Shown here: piece by piece, positions 1 to 9,573 of the stretch | Layout of the letters: each line of letters opens with the position of its first letter | Position numbering within the stretch: the first letter of the stretch is position 1 | NCBI GenBank assembly: GCA_965215885.1 | Contig: CBDCEW010000087.1 | Coordinates: forward strand, 1-64,000 | Length of the DNA: 64,000 nucleotides | Source of the DNA: Candidatus Moanibacter sp. | Lineage (GTDB): Bacteria; Verrucomicrobiota; Verrucomicrobiia; Opitutales; UBA2987 | Direction: 5' to 3' | Program-made: the position numbers and the translations under genes | Notes under the pieces: generated by a model | What the model was told of the DNA's origin: nothing | Databases searched by the model: none | What the model saw: the letters and a program-made list of their open reading frames with translations, nothing else

Positions 1-205
1 TGTCGAGCGCGGCATAGAACTTGCGAATTCTCCAGGGCAGCTTAGAGAATTAAAAAAATGCGTGGAGAAGAACACGATTCGCGCTCCGCTGTTCGACACG
101 GTTCGATACACAAGGAATCTGGAACGCGGTTACCGTATCATGTGGGAGCGACAACAACGTGGGGAATCGCCCGTAGCTATCGATCTAGGAATCTGTCGGA
201 CTTAG
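1..205 (+). CDS. C-terminal part of TPR-GT41 (O-GlcNAc transferase-like) protein, truncated by window edge
   Basis: Mirror of the 3' end of 40261..42639 (…APLFDTVRYTRNLERGY…AIDLGICRT*). Confidence 0.85.
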   Translation, partial: VERGIELANSPGQLRELKKCVEKNTIRAPLFDTVRYTRNLERGYRIMWERQQRGESPVAIDLGICRT

Positions 206-282
206 GATTCCTAACATCTCATTGGTTTAGATTTCATGGTGACAGATCGACATTCCGATCAAGTTTAGACCGACAGATTCCT
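187..282. repeat. 13-bp inverted repeat pair AGGAATCTGTCGG…CCGACAGATTCCT, possible MITE relic (mirror 40184-40279)
   Basis: 187-199 is the exact reverse complement of 270-282. Confidence 0.5.
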
Positions 283-302
283 TTGAAGAAAATGAAACTG
301 AA

Positions 303-1103
303 ATGAGTAAATTCTTTGTCGGTGGTAGCCCTCGCTCCGGAACGACGCTGCTCCACCTCCTTTTGTGCCGGGACAACGAGACGAACAAGCCTACTCTGGA
401 ATCAGGCTACTTCAGAATTCTTTTTCATGCCTATTCTCAGGCGAAACAGGAATTCGATCGCCATTCAAAACACTATTTCGACGACCGAAGAGACCTTTGG
501 AATTTCCACCGTTCAGTCATTTCACTTTTCCTCAAGCGAACGGCGAAGCGATTTCCGGATTCCAGGCATCTGGTCTTTAAGGAAACGAATTTCTCGAAGT
601 ATTTTCCGGATATCCTCGAGCTCATCCCCGACTCCTATTTCTTTCTTACGGTCCGTGATCCTCGCGATGCGGTCGCCTCTATGATACGGGTGGGTGAGCG
701 TCACAAGCAGGAGGGAGAGTATCTCGGATTTCAGGAGTCCACCATCCGGACTCTGTGCAATCATTACAGGAGCTTTTATGTTGCTCCCGTATCATGTAAA
801 GCGAAGATCTTTAAGGACCGCCTCTTCGTTTCAAAATATGAAGAACTTGTCACTGAACCGGACAGGGTTCTCGACCGCCTCCGGCGTTTCTCTGGTTTGG
901 AATTGAAATTTGACAGCAGTCGAGATCTGGATGACGACGGATTTGACGCGAGATCAAAGTATGGACTTTGGGCAACTGAGCTTTTCGGTAAGAAAATCTC
1001 CTCTGAAAGAATAGGTAAGTACAGGGATGTCCTTACGGACGACGATGTGAAGGAGATAAATCGGAATTGCGAGGATATCTATAGGATTTTCGGTTACTCG
1101 TGA
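303..1103 (+). CDS. Sulfotransferase family protein
   Basis: 5'-PSB motif GGSPRSGTTLL, 3'-PB motif RDPRDAVAS, and KYEELVTEP. Confidence 0.9.
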   Translation: MSKFFVGGSPRSGTTLLHLLLCRDNETNKPTLESGYFRILFHAYSQAKQEFDRHSKHYFDDRRDLWNFHRSVISLFLKRTAKRFPDSRHLVFKETNFSKYFPDILELIPDSYFFLTVRDPRDAVASMIRVGERHKQEGEYLGFQESTIRTLCNHYRSFYVAPVSCKAKIFKDRLFVSKYEELVTEPDRVLDRLRRFSGLELKFDSSRDLDDDGFDARSKYGLWATELFGKKISSERIGKYRDVLTDDDVKEINRNCEDIYRIFGYS

Positions 1104-1891
1104 GTAATTTGAATCGCCCGTTTCAATCCTTCCCGAGTGCCGATGTCGACGCAAAATCCGGGCTCAAACAACTCAGTCTCGATAGTCAGACCCTCCTCCT
1201 CCGCCGCGGCCAGGAAGATATTGCTGAGTTGTAATTCCCGGTTTCTGTCACCGGATTCTGATCCTTCCGCGCTTTCTGATTCTCGCAAAAATCGATGCAA
1301 ATACTCGGTAAAAGTGGGAGCCCACGCCGTTATAACCCAGGCATGTTTTAAACGGCATTGTTCGCGCTTAATCACAATGTCGCGGACCTTCCCCTCTTCC
1401 GTAAGGTCGACCATATCCCACTTCTGCGGTTCGGAGACGGGAATCAGACCCAGGACGATGTCGCTATCTGTTTCCTTTAGTTTCTCCAGCAAAGCTGTGA
1501 AAGGATCCCTGATTTCCATGATGATGTCAGGAAAGCCCAATAAAACCTGCTTGTCCTTGATGAATTTATAGGCTCGATCCAGGGAAAAGGGAACGCCCCG
1601 CGGTTGGCTGTCGACGACATAGGCCAGGCTCATTCCGAATAGTGATCCATCGCCGAGGTAACGAAGAATATCTGTCTTTTCTCGATTGATAACGATAAAG
1701 GCAGTATCGACTCCCGCCGATCGAAACTGTTCAAGCAGATTTAGACAAACCGGTTTTGGCTGACCCTGGAGTTCCTGATGTTCGTCGAAGAAACCGACCG
1801 GATATATCTCCTTGCTACAGGGTAGCGGGTTAATTCTTGTTGCTTTTCCCGCGGCGGGAATCAGGCCCACAGCATCAGGTGCACTTTTCAT
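1094..1891 (-). CDS. Sugar-phosphate nucleotidyltransferase (RmlA-like)
   Basis: N-terminal GLIPAAGKATRINPLPCSKE signature; C-terminal DIGT. Confidence 0.85.
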   Translation of the reverse strand: MKSAPDAVGLIPAAGKATRINPLPCSKEIYPVGFFDEHQELQGQPKPVCLNLLEQFRSAGVDTAFIVINREKTDILRYLGDGSLFGMSLAYVVDSQPRGVPFSLDRAYKFIKDKQVLLGFPDIIMEIRDPFTALLEKLKETDSDIVLGLIPVSEPQKWDMVDLTEEGKVRDIVIKREQCRLKHAWVITAWAPTFTEYLHRFLRESESAEGSESGDRNRELQLSNIFLAAAEEEGLTIETELFEPGFCVDIGTREGLKRAIQITHE

Positions 1892-2433
1892 CGGGATCGC
1901 TTCTTCCTTTCATAATCTGGGTAATTTGCGTCTCTATCCGATATTACGGCGGGTTGAACGGGCCAATCGATGTTGAATGCAGGGTCGTTCCAGCGGATTC
2001 CCCGCGTGGATTCCGGCCGGTAGAATGCGGTCATCATGTAGTGGACGCTGGTGGAATCTTCCAAAGTCATGAATCCGTGGGCGAAATTCTCGGGTATATA
2101 AAGCATCCGTTGAACGGCAGCTTTAAGTTCCACACCAAGCCACTTCTTGAAGGTCCCTGAATCCGTCCTCAGATCGATCAAGACATCGTAAATAGCTCCC
2201 TGTGTGCAGGTTATGATTTTCACTTCCCCATGAGGGGGCCCCTGGTAGTGCATCCCGCGCAAAGTGCTTTTTTCCGAATTATGGGAAATATTGGTCTGTG
2301 CGATGCATGGGTTCAAGCCGTACTGCTGGAATTCCCTTTGGCAGAATGTCCTGGCGAAGAAACCGCGTTCGTCCTCCCGGCGTTCAATGTCAATGATGAA
2401 TGCGCCCTCCAGTTCTGTTTCAGTGAATAACAT
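1888..2433 (-). CDS. rfbC: dTDP-4-dehydrorhamnose 3,5-epimerase family (start trimmed to MLFTET)
   Basis: DERGFFAR, TLRGMHYQ, FAHGFMTL and IRWNDP motifs of RmlC/RfbC. Confidence 0.9.
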   Translation of the reverse strand: MLFTETELEGAFIIDIERREDERGFFARTFCQREFQQYGLNPCIAQTNISHNSEKSTLRGMHYQGPPHGEVKIITCTQGAIYDVLIDLRTDSGTFKKWLGVELKAAVQRMLYIPENFAHGFMTLEDSTSVHYMMTAFYRPESTRGIRWNDPAFNIDWPVQPAVISDRDANYPDYERKKRSR

Positions 2434-2746
2434 ATTTCGCTTTCTATCTTCGCTCGGTTGATTCGTCGCGGATAACAATAGCGCCGAAAAGCTCCCGCTT
2501 TCCGCTACCTTCGGAATCGAAGCGTGTAGCGGAATGCGGGAGCATTTCGTACTGCCGATACAGCAATTTTCACCCTGTGTTTGAGCCGGCTGCGCGCCGT
2601 GGGCGCGACTGACTTGCAAGAATGATAGCACAGTCGACAAGTTAGAAGATGTCGAACTGTTTTCCCCTCCAATTACACATCGCGCAATCTGTGATCGCCC
2701 TGAATCCGTACTGTATGATAGGCTCTTACTCTTGAACTTGATCATT

Positions 2747-2857
2747 TCCTGTCCCGGCCTGCCGGGACAGGGTTTCGAAAAAACACCTCGTAGGACGACA
2801 GCCGGTCCCGTAGGGTAAAAAAAAAGAAGATTCCCCGTAGTCCCGGCAAGCCGGGAC
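2747..2857. repeat. Two GTCCCGGC-nn-GCCGGGAC palindromes in the intergenic region (also mirrored near 37610-37720)
   Basis: cctgtcccggcctgccgggacagg and gtcccggcaagccgggac are directly visible. Confidence 0.6.
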
Positions 2858-2944
2858 GGGGAGTAGGCTTTTTAAGGCTGTCGTTCAATTCGGATACGGA
2901 ACTGAGCTGACGGTATTCATCTTCACTGCATAGAGACGTGGCAA

Positions 2945-4263
2945 CACTACTGTCCGGTTGTTTTTCTAGGAACGCAGGTTAATCGATTGATAACCAACAT
3001 TTTACATATAATTTCTGCTGTTTTCGACTTGAAATTGCAAAAAGCCTTGTGGACTCTCAAAAATTTCGAGGGTCCAAATCATGTATACAGGTCGATTCGT
3101 TTTTTCTCAAATCATAGATTATCTTCCGCGCCATCAGTTCCATCGTTGCGTCCAACGCTACGGAGGCGACTACAAAGTTCAAAAGTTCAGTTGCTTCGAA
3201 CAATTTCTCTGCATGGGTTTTGCCGAGTTGACCTACCGGGAGAGTCTGCGCGACACCGAAACCTGCCTGCGGGCAGTACAACCAAAACTATACCACGCAG
3301 GGATTCGAAGCGGAGTATCCAAAAGCACGCTCGCCGATGCCAACGAGAAACGAGACTGGCGCATCTACGCCGACTTTGCACAGGTCCTCATCGCAATGGC
3401 TCGTCCTTTGTATTCAAACGAGGATCTGGGCATCGACCTGGACAATACGCTCTACGCTCTGGACTCCACCACGATCGATCTATGTCTATCACTCTTCCCG
3501 TGGGCACGTTTCCGCAAGCACAAGGGGGCGGTGAAGGTCCATACGCTTCTCGATCTCAGAGGCTCTATCCCTTATTTTATCGAGATTACCGATGGAAAAG
3601 TTCACGACGTAAACATTCTGGATCTCATCATCCCCGAGGCCGGTGCTTACTATGTAATGGACCGAGCCTATCTGCATTACGAGCGCCTCTATCGGATCGC
3701 ACAATGCGGTTCTTTCTTCGTCACACGCGCCCGCCGCGGCTTTCAGTTTCGCCGCCTCTACTCTCAAAAGGTCGACAAATCAACCGGTCTGCGTTCGGAC
3801 CAGACCGTTGCCCTGGTCAGCTTCTATCCTGCCAAGGCCTACCCCGAAAGACTCCGGCGTATCACTTACCTCGACCCCGACAGTTCCGAGCGCTTCGTGT
3901 TTCTCACCAACCAGTTTGCCCTCCCAGCCATAATCATCACCCAGATTTACCGTTTACGCTGGCAGATCGAATTGTTCTTCAAATGGATCAAACAGCACTT
4001 GCGCATCAAGAGCTTTTTCGGCACCTCCGAGAATGCTGTGAAGACTCAAATCTGGATTGCCGTCAGCGTCTATGTGCTCATCGCCATCATCCGCAAACGC
4101 CTTCGCCTGGAGATCAGTTTGCACAAAATCCTACAGATTCTCAGCTTCACCCTATTTGAGAAAACTCCTATGACTGAACTACTTACAGAAACCGATTACA
4201 CTTTCAATGAACACCGCATTCCTAAACAGTTGGAGTTGTTTGACTTATAACCGGACAGTACTG
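2945..4263 (+). mobile_element. IS4-family element, 1319 bp, copy 1
   Basis: TIRs CACTACTGTCCGGTT / AACCGGACAGTACTG; three near-identical copies; flanks ACGTGGCAA (left) and TCATTGCAC (right) do not match each other. Confidence 0.95.
3081..4250 (+). CDS. IS4-family transposase (DUF4372-type N-terminus + DDE)
   Basis: ALDSTTIDL, VMDRAY and YRLRWQIELFFKWIKQ (YREK signature). Confidence 0.95.
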   Translation: MYTGRFVFSQIIDYLPRHQFHRCVQRYGGDYKVQKFSCFEQFLCMGFAELTYRESLRDTETCLRAVQPKLYHAGIRSGVSKSTLADANEKRDWRIYADFAQVLIAMARPLYSNEDLGIDLDNTLYALDSTTIDLCLSLFPWARFRKHKGAVKVHTLLDLRGSIPYFIEITDGKVHDVNILDLIIPEAGAYYVMDRAYLHYERLYRIAQCGSFFVTRARRGFQFRRLYSQKVDKSTGLRSDQTVALVSFYPAKAYPERLRRITYLDPDSSERFVFLTNQFALPAIIITQIYRLRWQIELFFKWIKQHLRIKSFFGTSENAVKTQIWIAVSVYVLIAIIRKRLRLEISLHKILQILSFTLFEKTPMTELLTETDYTFNEHRIPKQLELFDL

Positions 4264-4309
4264 TCATTGCACATCCAATAATCTCCCTGCTTATGCCCTC
4301 GTGTTTCAT
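4264..4309 (-). pseudogene. 5' fragment of GxxExxY gene (duplicate of 36156-36201)
   Basis: MKHEGISREIIGCAM joins through the TSD to 20612-20937. Confidence 0.75.
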
Positions 4310-4403
4310 ATATGTCCCGCTAAATACCTCTGGATTCTCATTCTTCCTCACCCATCGTTCACTTGGAGCGGCCAGGCCACAACCAAAACTGCCTAACGAT
4401 GGA

Positions 4404-4578
4404 AGGGTGACCACGGATGGCACGGATTGACACGGATTAGAAATCAGTCTTCCGATTAACTGATGCCAATAGTTGTACAGGAAAATGAATCTGCTGCCTT
4501 TCGTTGATCATCCCCTGTTTCCTCTAAGAATCCCTATCCCTCCTATCCGTGTCAATCCGTGCCATTCGTGGTCACCCT
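4404..4578. repeat. 34-bp inverted repeat pair built from 3x CACGGAT
   Basis: 4404-4437 vs 4545-4578 (1 mismatch; the mirror copy 35887-36061 is perfect). Confidence 0.9.
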
Positions 4579-4594
4579 CTTCTCTCATCCGTGG

Positions 4595-6556
4595 TTAACC
4601 TTTTCCGTAAACAACATACAAATAATCTCCCCTACCCCGCCAGTCCCAGAGGAGCTTAGACCAGGCTGCCATGGACTCGGCCCTCTCACGGTACGCTTCC
4701 GGAACGGCAATACCATGAGGGACAGCGCCGGCCAAACCGAGTTCATTCAGTTGCAAGCTCATGGCCGACCAGTAGGGATGCGAAAAAGTCCTCCATCTCC
4801 TCATTTCGAGGTTCGCCTGAAGACCCATCTGCTTCAACGAATCTATACTGAATATATGCCGATGGTATGGCGGATGCCAATGCGGCCAGGTGGGGCCGAA
4901 GCGGTCGATCTGCCAGGAATTCAAATTCGGGGTGCTCAAGACGAGAATACCTGATGGCCTCAGAAGCTGGCGCAATCGCCGCAGTGTAACCAACGGTTCC
5001 TGGAGGTGCTCAACGGTTTGCCCAAGGAAGATCAAATCGAATTGCCTGCCAATCGGAATGGCATAAACCGCATCTTCGGCACGGGCGTGCCAGAATTCGA
5101 GACCCAACTTTCGGGCCACACCGACAGCCTTCTCATTGGATTCAAGACCGGACAATTTCCACTGTGTGCGCTCCCGTAGATCCTCAAGCAGTTTCCCTTC
5201 AAAACAACCGATATCCAAAAATGCGGTCGCTTCACTCTTCGTTGGGAAACGCACACCTATTGTCTTCAGCAGTTCCTCGGCGGTTGTATCCTCCCAAGTC
5301 AAACCCAGCCGTCTGCGCAAGGACTTCGGCAGCGATCTCCCGCCCAACCAACGCTCGCTTCCAGCGGATCCATTGAAATTCCGATAGGGCGATCCCGTCT
5401 CTTCGGCGGGACGAACCAGGGAAGGGGTTGGGGAAGAATAGTGGCGCTCGTAAAGATCACTTAATACGTCACTCTCCATGGTTGGGTGGCAGATCGCAGT
5501 GGAGCTACGCGCAACATAATACCAGTCATGTATCTGCCCATCGCCGAAACGCGTATCCGGGGAACTGAAAAGGAAGCGGTCGGGAGTGGCACCGGTCACG
5601 GGACAAACTGCCGAATTCGCATTTTCGACCGGCACCTCGCATTCCGGCGGAGGCAAGTCTTCGAACGGGATGGGAAAGAAAAGACGGCGATCATTAAAAA
5701 ACTCTCGAGAATGATTCCTCATCGAGTTCCTGAGACAGTGCAGGAGGCTGACCTCTCTCTTCAGCGGGGCACTGTCTTTCAATAACGTATCCTTCGCTCT
5801 CTCCAACTCATTATCATAGCGCTCACGAATCGAAGTGAGTTGTCCCTCGTGAATCCGAAAACAGCTCACATGTCCATCCATCCGCTGGAACGGAAACCGG
5901 AAAGCGAGGCGTGCCCACATCTCCCAATCACCAGCCAACTTCAGTTTCCCGTTGAATCCTCCTGCCTCTTCAAATGCGCGACGGCTGAAGAATACTCCAT
6001 CCTGAAACAGTATGTGACCGTTGGCCAGGTGCCGGTAATCCACATGCGGCTGCCAGAGATTGGGGAAGCGCCAGCCCATTACTTCCACAATGTCTTCATG
6101 GTAAATGACTTCCACCTTTTGATGGTCCCTGAAATATGCGCCGACACGCTGTAGGCCACCCGGAAGGTAATAATCATCAGCGTTGAGGTAGGCAAAAACG
6201 TCACCAGTGGCCCTGGCGAATCCCTTGTTCAAGGCATCGTACATGCCGCAATCAGGTTCCGAAATAAGCGTGTTGACCCACCCACGGAATGGTTCAATAC
6301 GTTTCAGCGTTCCATCGGTGGAACCCGCGTCTATAATGATATACTCAAGGTCGGGGTAGTTCTGCGAGAGGATCGATTCAATCGTTTCGACGATGGTTGA
6401 TTCCGCATTCAGCACCGGCGTTACGATTGAGATCCTCGGGAGGGGCTTCTCCTTTTTCCTCGATCTTCCCTCTCGTAGATCGAGACACTTTATTATTCCC
6501 TTCCCGAGGCAGTCATAGACCCACGAACGGAAGCCTTTCCTATTGGCTGATTTCAT
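4595..6556 (-). CDS. GT2 glycosyltransferase fused to class I SAM methyltransferase (start at MKSANRK)
   Basis: ISIVTPVLN…IIIDAGSTDGT…YLNADD (GT2); FLDIGCFEG…VEHL…LSTPN (methyltransferase). Confidence 0.88.
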   Translation of the reverse strand: MKSANRKGFRSWVYDCLGKGIIKCLDLREGRSRKKEKPLPRISIVTPVLNAESTIVETIESILSQNYPDLEYIIIDAGSTDGTLKRIEPFRGWVNTLISEPDCGMYDALNKGFARATGDVFAYLNADDYYLPGGLQRVGAYFRDHQKVEVIYHEDIVEVMGWRFPNLWQPHVDYRHLANGHILFQDGVFFSRRAFEEAGGFNGKLKLAGDWEMWARLAFRFPFQRMDGHVSCFRIHEGQLTSIRERYDNELERAKDTLLKDSAPLKREVSLLHCLRNSMRNHSREFFNDRRLFFPIPFEDLPPPECEVPVENANSAVCPVTGATPDRFLFSSPDTRFGDGQIHDWYYVARSSTAICHPTMESDVLSDLYERHYSSPTPSLVRPAEETGSPYRNFNGSAGSERWLGGRSLPKSLRRRLGLTWEDTTAEELLKTIGVRFPTKSEATAFLDIGCFEGKLLEDLRERTQWKLSGLESNEKAVGVARKLGLEFWHARAEDAVYAIPIGRQFDLIFLGQTVEHLQEPLVTLRRLRQLLRPSGILVLSTPNLNSWQIDRFGPTWPHWHPPYHRHIFSIDSLKQMGLQANLEMRRWRTFSHPYWSAMSLQLNELGLAGAVPHGIAVPEAYRERAESMAAWSKLLWDWRGRGDYLYVVYGKG

Positions 6557-6675
6557 GGGCAGGTTCTGTTCAGTTTTCCGCAGCAGAAGACAAGATGGCA
6601 ACGAATGTGGACTGCGAGAGAAAAGCAAGCAACGGATAAAGAATTTACCGCGGATGACCCAGCGCAACAAAGCCA

Positions 6676-6742
6676 CAACCAAACTGGTAGGTCATTCCGA
6701 GGAGAAGAGAATTGAACAGAAGGAAACGGAGAGAAACGGAGA
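6676..6742. repeat. 67-bp dispersed repeat (also 33723-33789 and 60215-60281)
   Basis: CAACCAAACTGGTAGGTC…GAACAGAAGGAAACrGAGAGAAACGGAGA; 3 mismatches to the 60215 copy. Confidence 0.9.
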
Positions 6743-6816
6743 AGAGAAGTCGAATCTTCCCGGCGCGCCGGGACCGGGAAACATCCTTCGACGTTAGGTC
6801 GATCCGGATCAGCGAG

Positions 6817-7149
6817 ACCACGGATTTCACGGATGGCACGGATAGAGAGGGGACATCTCTACTACTATCCATCAGAACCTGGTTTTCTGAACACGTTTTT
6901 TCTTTGGTGAATTATAAGAGGCTGATATTCAAAGGATTGCGGTTCAATTGTTCACAATCCGTTTTTTTCCTAATCCGTTGGGTACTCCCTCTTGAATTAA
7001 TCCGCGGTGTCCTCGAATCCGCGGGCTCTTTCTCCCAAATTCGCGTCCATTCGCGGTTCCTCTCTTTCCCTCAATTTGGCTGCGGCTTCGCTGCTCCAGG
7101 AAATCCGTGGTCAAATTCTCTATCCGTGCCCATCCGTGTCATCCGTGGT
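6817..7149. repeat. CACGGAT-triplet inverted pair with internal CGCGGAT/CGCGAAT variants (mirror 33316-33648)
   Basis: ACCACGGATTTCACGGATGGCACGGATAGAGA … TCTCTATCCGTGCCCATCCGTGTCATCCGTGGT. Confidence 0.85.
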
Positions 7150-8463
7150 TTTATTTAATCTGTGGGGAGACCTCTCACTCTCACTTCTCAGCTTTCGTTC
7201 CAGTTCACATATCCGCTTTAGTTGACTCTGGATTACGGCTTCTTTTTCCTTCCAGGACTCGACCAGTAGGCTGCTGTGGTATCGCGAAAAGGCCTCAAAG
7301 GATCCATGCCTTCGGAGTTCGGTGTCGACCTCAATCTCCAGATTCACCGACTGCTCCTGTGTTTCCAACAGTTGATCCATCGCTCGCAGCACCGGCTCAA
7401 CCGGAATCGTGCCCAGGCATGGCGCCGTCCCATACGCACATTCCCAACCACAGCCGAAGCAATCCAGCAGTTGGTAAACGATCGCGTATCGGTCTGCCGC
7501 CGGCCTGAAGCGCGGCCAAGTACCGCCTCCAAAGACCGCTGCTACAGGGATACCAAGGGCTGCCGCGATATGCATGGCACCGGTATCGTTCCCGAAGTAG
7601 TAAGAACCCTGGCTTATGAGCGCCGCCACAATCGAGAATTCGCCATCCTCACCCGACCACACGTGACAGGTTGCTCTGTTCTCACGAAGATCGACCGCAA
7701 TCGAATCCAGAATTTCCCGTTCCGCCTTGTATCCCATTAAGACGATCGGTAGTCCCCTACTTTTCCACATCTCACAAAGCGTCTCCGAAAAGCGCTCGGC
7801 AGGCCACGCCTTGATTGGAACATTAGCGTTTCCAGCTGGACAGCAGGCAACCCAGGGAATAGAACTCAACTCTCTCATCTTCAGCCAGTCCACAGCGCGC
7901 GCTTTCCATTGTGACGGTACCGAGATTTGCGGCTGACTTTCAGACTCTGCTACACCGGTGATATACTCAGCCATTGCATTCCACTTGCGCCAGTCTTCCA
8001 ATTCAGGACCGACCGTAACGATCTCCTCAAAGATGTCCCGCGGAGGGCGCTTTAGATAGGACGCCAAGGCAGGCTCCTTCCCCTTCGCAATTGTAAGATT
8101 ACTGAAAGCGATCTTCCTGGCCCCGCTCATACGATCTGCAATCAGCGGCTCCAACCAGGTCATCTCGTAGGCGCCGGCTATAACGATATCAGGTTCAATT
8201 TCTCCCAATTCTTCCCATAAAGACGCAATAGCCTCTGGATATCCGGACGGGTCCTGAGAGTAAGGATCAATCGGTGTCGTCAGACAGTGAATCTGCGGAA
8301 ACAAGAGAGGAGCCATATCCTGGTAGCCCTCCCTCACCAGAAGATGAATACGGCAATCAGGCCAGAAATTATGGAGGCGCCGGATTAAGGGTTCGATTAG
8401 AACAAGATCCCCATAGGTATCCGGCTTAATGACGATTACATTCTCAGGTTGAGACGCGCTCAC
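7120..8463 (-). CDS. GT9 (heptosyltransferase-like) glycosyltransferase
   Basis: IKPDTYGDLVL, KAWPAERF and GNDTGAMHIAAALGIP motifs. Confidence 0.9.
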   Translation of the reverse strand: MSASQPENVIVIKPDTYGDLVLIEPLIRRLHNFWPDCRIHLLVREGYQDMAPLLFPQIHCLTTPIDPYSQDPSGYPEAIASLWEELGEIEPDIVIAGAYEMTWLEPLIADRMSGARKIAFSNLTIAKGKEPALASYLKRPPRDIFEEIVTVGPELEDWRKWNAMAEYITGVAESESQPQISVPSQWKARAVDWLKMRELSSIPWVACCPAGNANVPIKAWPAERFSETLCEMWKSRGLPIVLMGYKAEREILDSIAVDLRENRATCHVWSGEDGEFSIVAALISQGSYYFGNDTGAMHIAAALGIPVAAVFGGGTWPRFRPAADRYAIVYQLLDCFGCGWECAYGTAPCLGTIPVEPVLRAMDQLLETQEQSVNLEIEVDTELRRHGSFEAFSRYHSSLLVESWKEKEAVIQSQLKRICELERKLRSESERSPHRLNKTTDDTDGHG

Positions 8464-9573
8464 CGAAGGTTTAGATTCTGCCGTGAATCCTGATTAATTT
8501 GAACTTGTGTATCAAATCCGGTGAAATTAGCAAAGGATGAAAAGAAAGAAGGTAGTTCTTAAGCAGGATTATAAGCAACGAATGAATGAAGGGCAACGAA
8601 TATGCCAAATTTTCGACGCAGTTATTTATGACTACAGACGAACAGGATTTAAGGGAGGCCATACGCTTACACCAAACCGGGAAGCTGCCTCAGGCCGAGG
8701 CGCTGTATAAGGAAATCCTCAAAAGAGCTCCGCGAAATGCGGAAGCTCTCCATCTAATGGGCGTTCTCGCCTTTCAATGCGGCAAGCATGGCGTCGCTGC
8801 GGATCTTATCGGCCGAGCGATAGGCGCAAATCCAAATAAGAGCACCTATTATACCCATCTTGGGGAAGTCTACCGGGCGATGCACAAATACGAGGAAGCA
8901 GTCAAATGCTCCCGTAAGGCCATCGCGCTCGATCCTGAAAGCTCCATGGCGTACAATAATCTCGGTATAGCCCTGAAGGATCAGGGGCAGAATGAGTCCG
9001 CAATAGAAGCCCTGCAACGCTCCATTGAAATAAAACCGGAATACGCCGAAGCTCATCATAACCTCGGACTCGTCTACTCGAAGAAAGGTGCCTTATCGGA
9101 AGCAATTGCGTGCTTTCGCAAAGCGACGACCTTAAAACCGGATCTCACTACGGCACATATTCAACTGGGCTCGGCTCTGCAGAAACTGGGCAGATTCGAT
9201 GAAGCGATCGGGGTATACAAGAGCGCGATCGAAACCACTCCTGGCTCGATCGACGCATACCGTCGCCTGGGAATTGCGCATAATGATGCGGGAAATCGAA
9301 AGAAAGCCATCGAATGCTTTCACAAAGTGCTTCAGATAGATCCAGAATACGAGCGCGCTCACTGCTACCTCGGTTTCACATATGCGCTGGAAGGCGAATT
9401 GGGGAGAGCGATTTCCTCCTTCAAGCAGGCAATTACAGTTAATTCCGATTACGCACATGCTCATTACGGTTTAGGAACGGTTCTGGAAGAGAAGGGTGAT
9501 GTGGAAAGCGCGGCAAGAAGGTACGAGCGTGCCATTCACCTCAATCCAAAACTGACAGCGGCCAGAAATAACC

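Noticed and set aside
2987..4159. 390-406 aa alternative-frame ORFs over the IS4 copies (also 20932..22152, 36306..37478)
   Set aside because: They overlap the transposase, are Arg/Ser/Pro-rich with no motifs, and are conserved only because the IS copies are near-identical.
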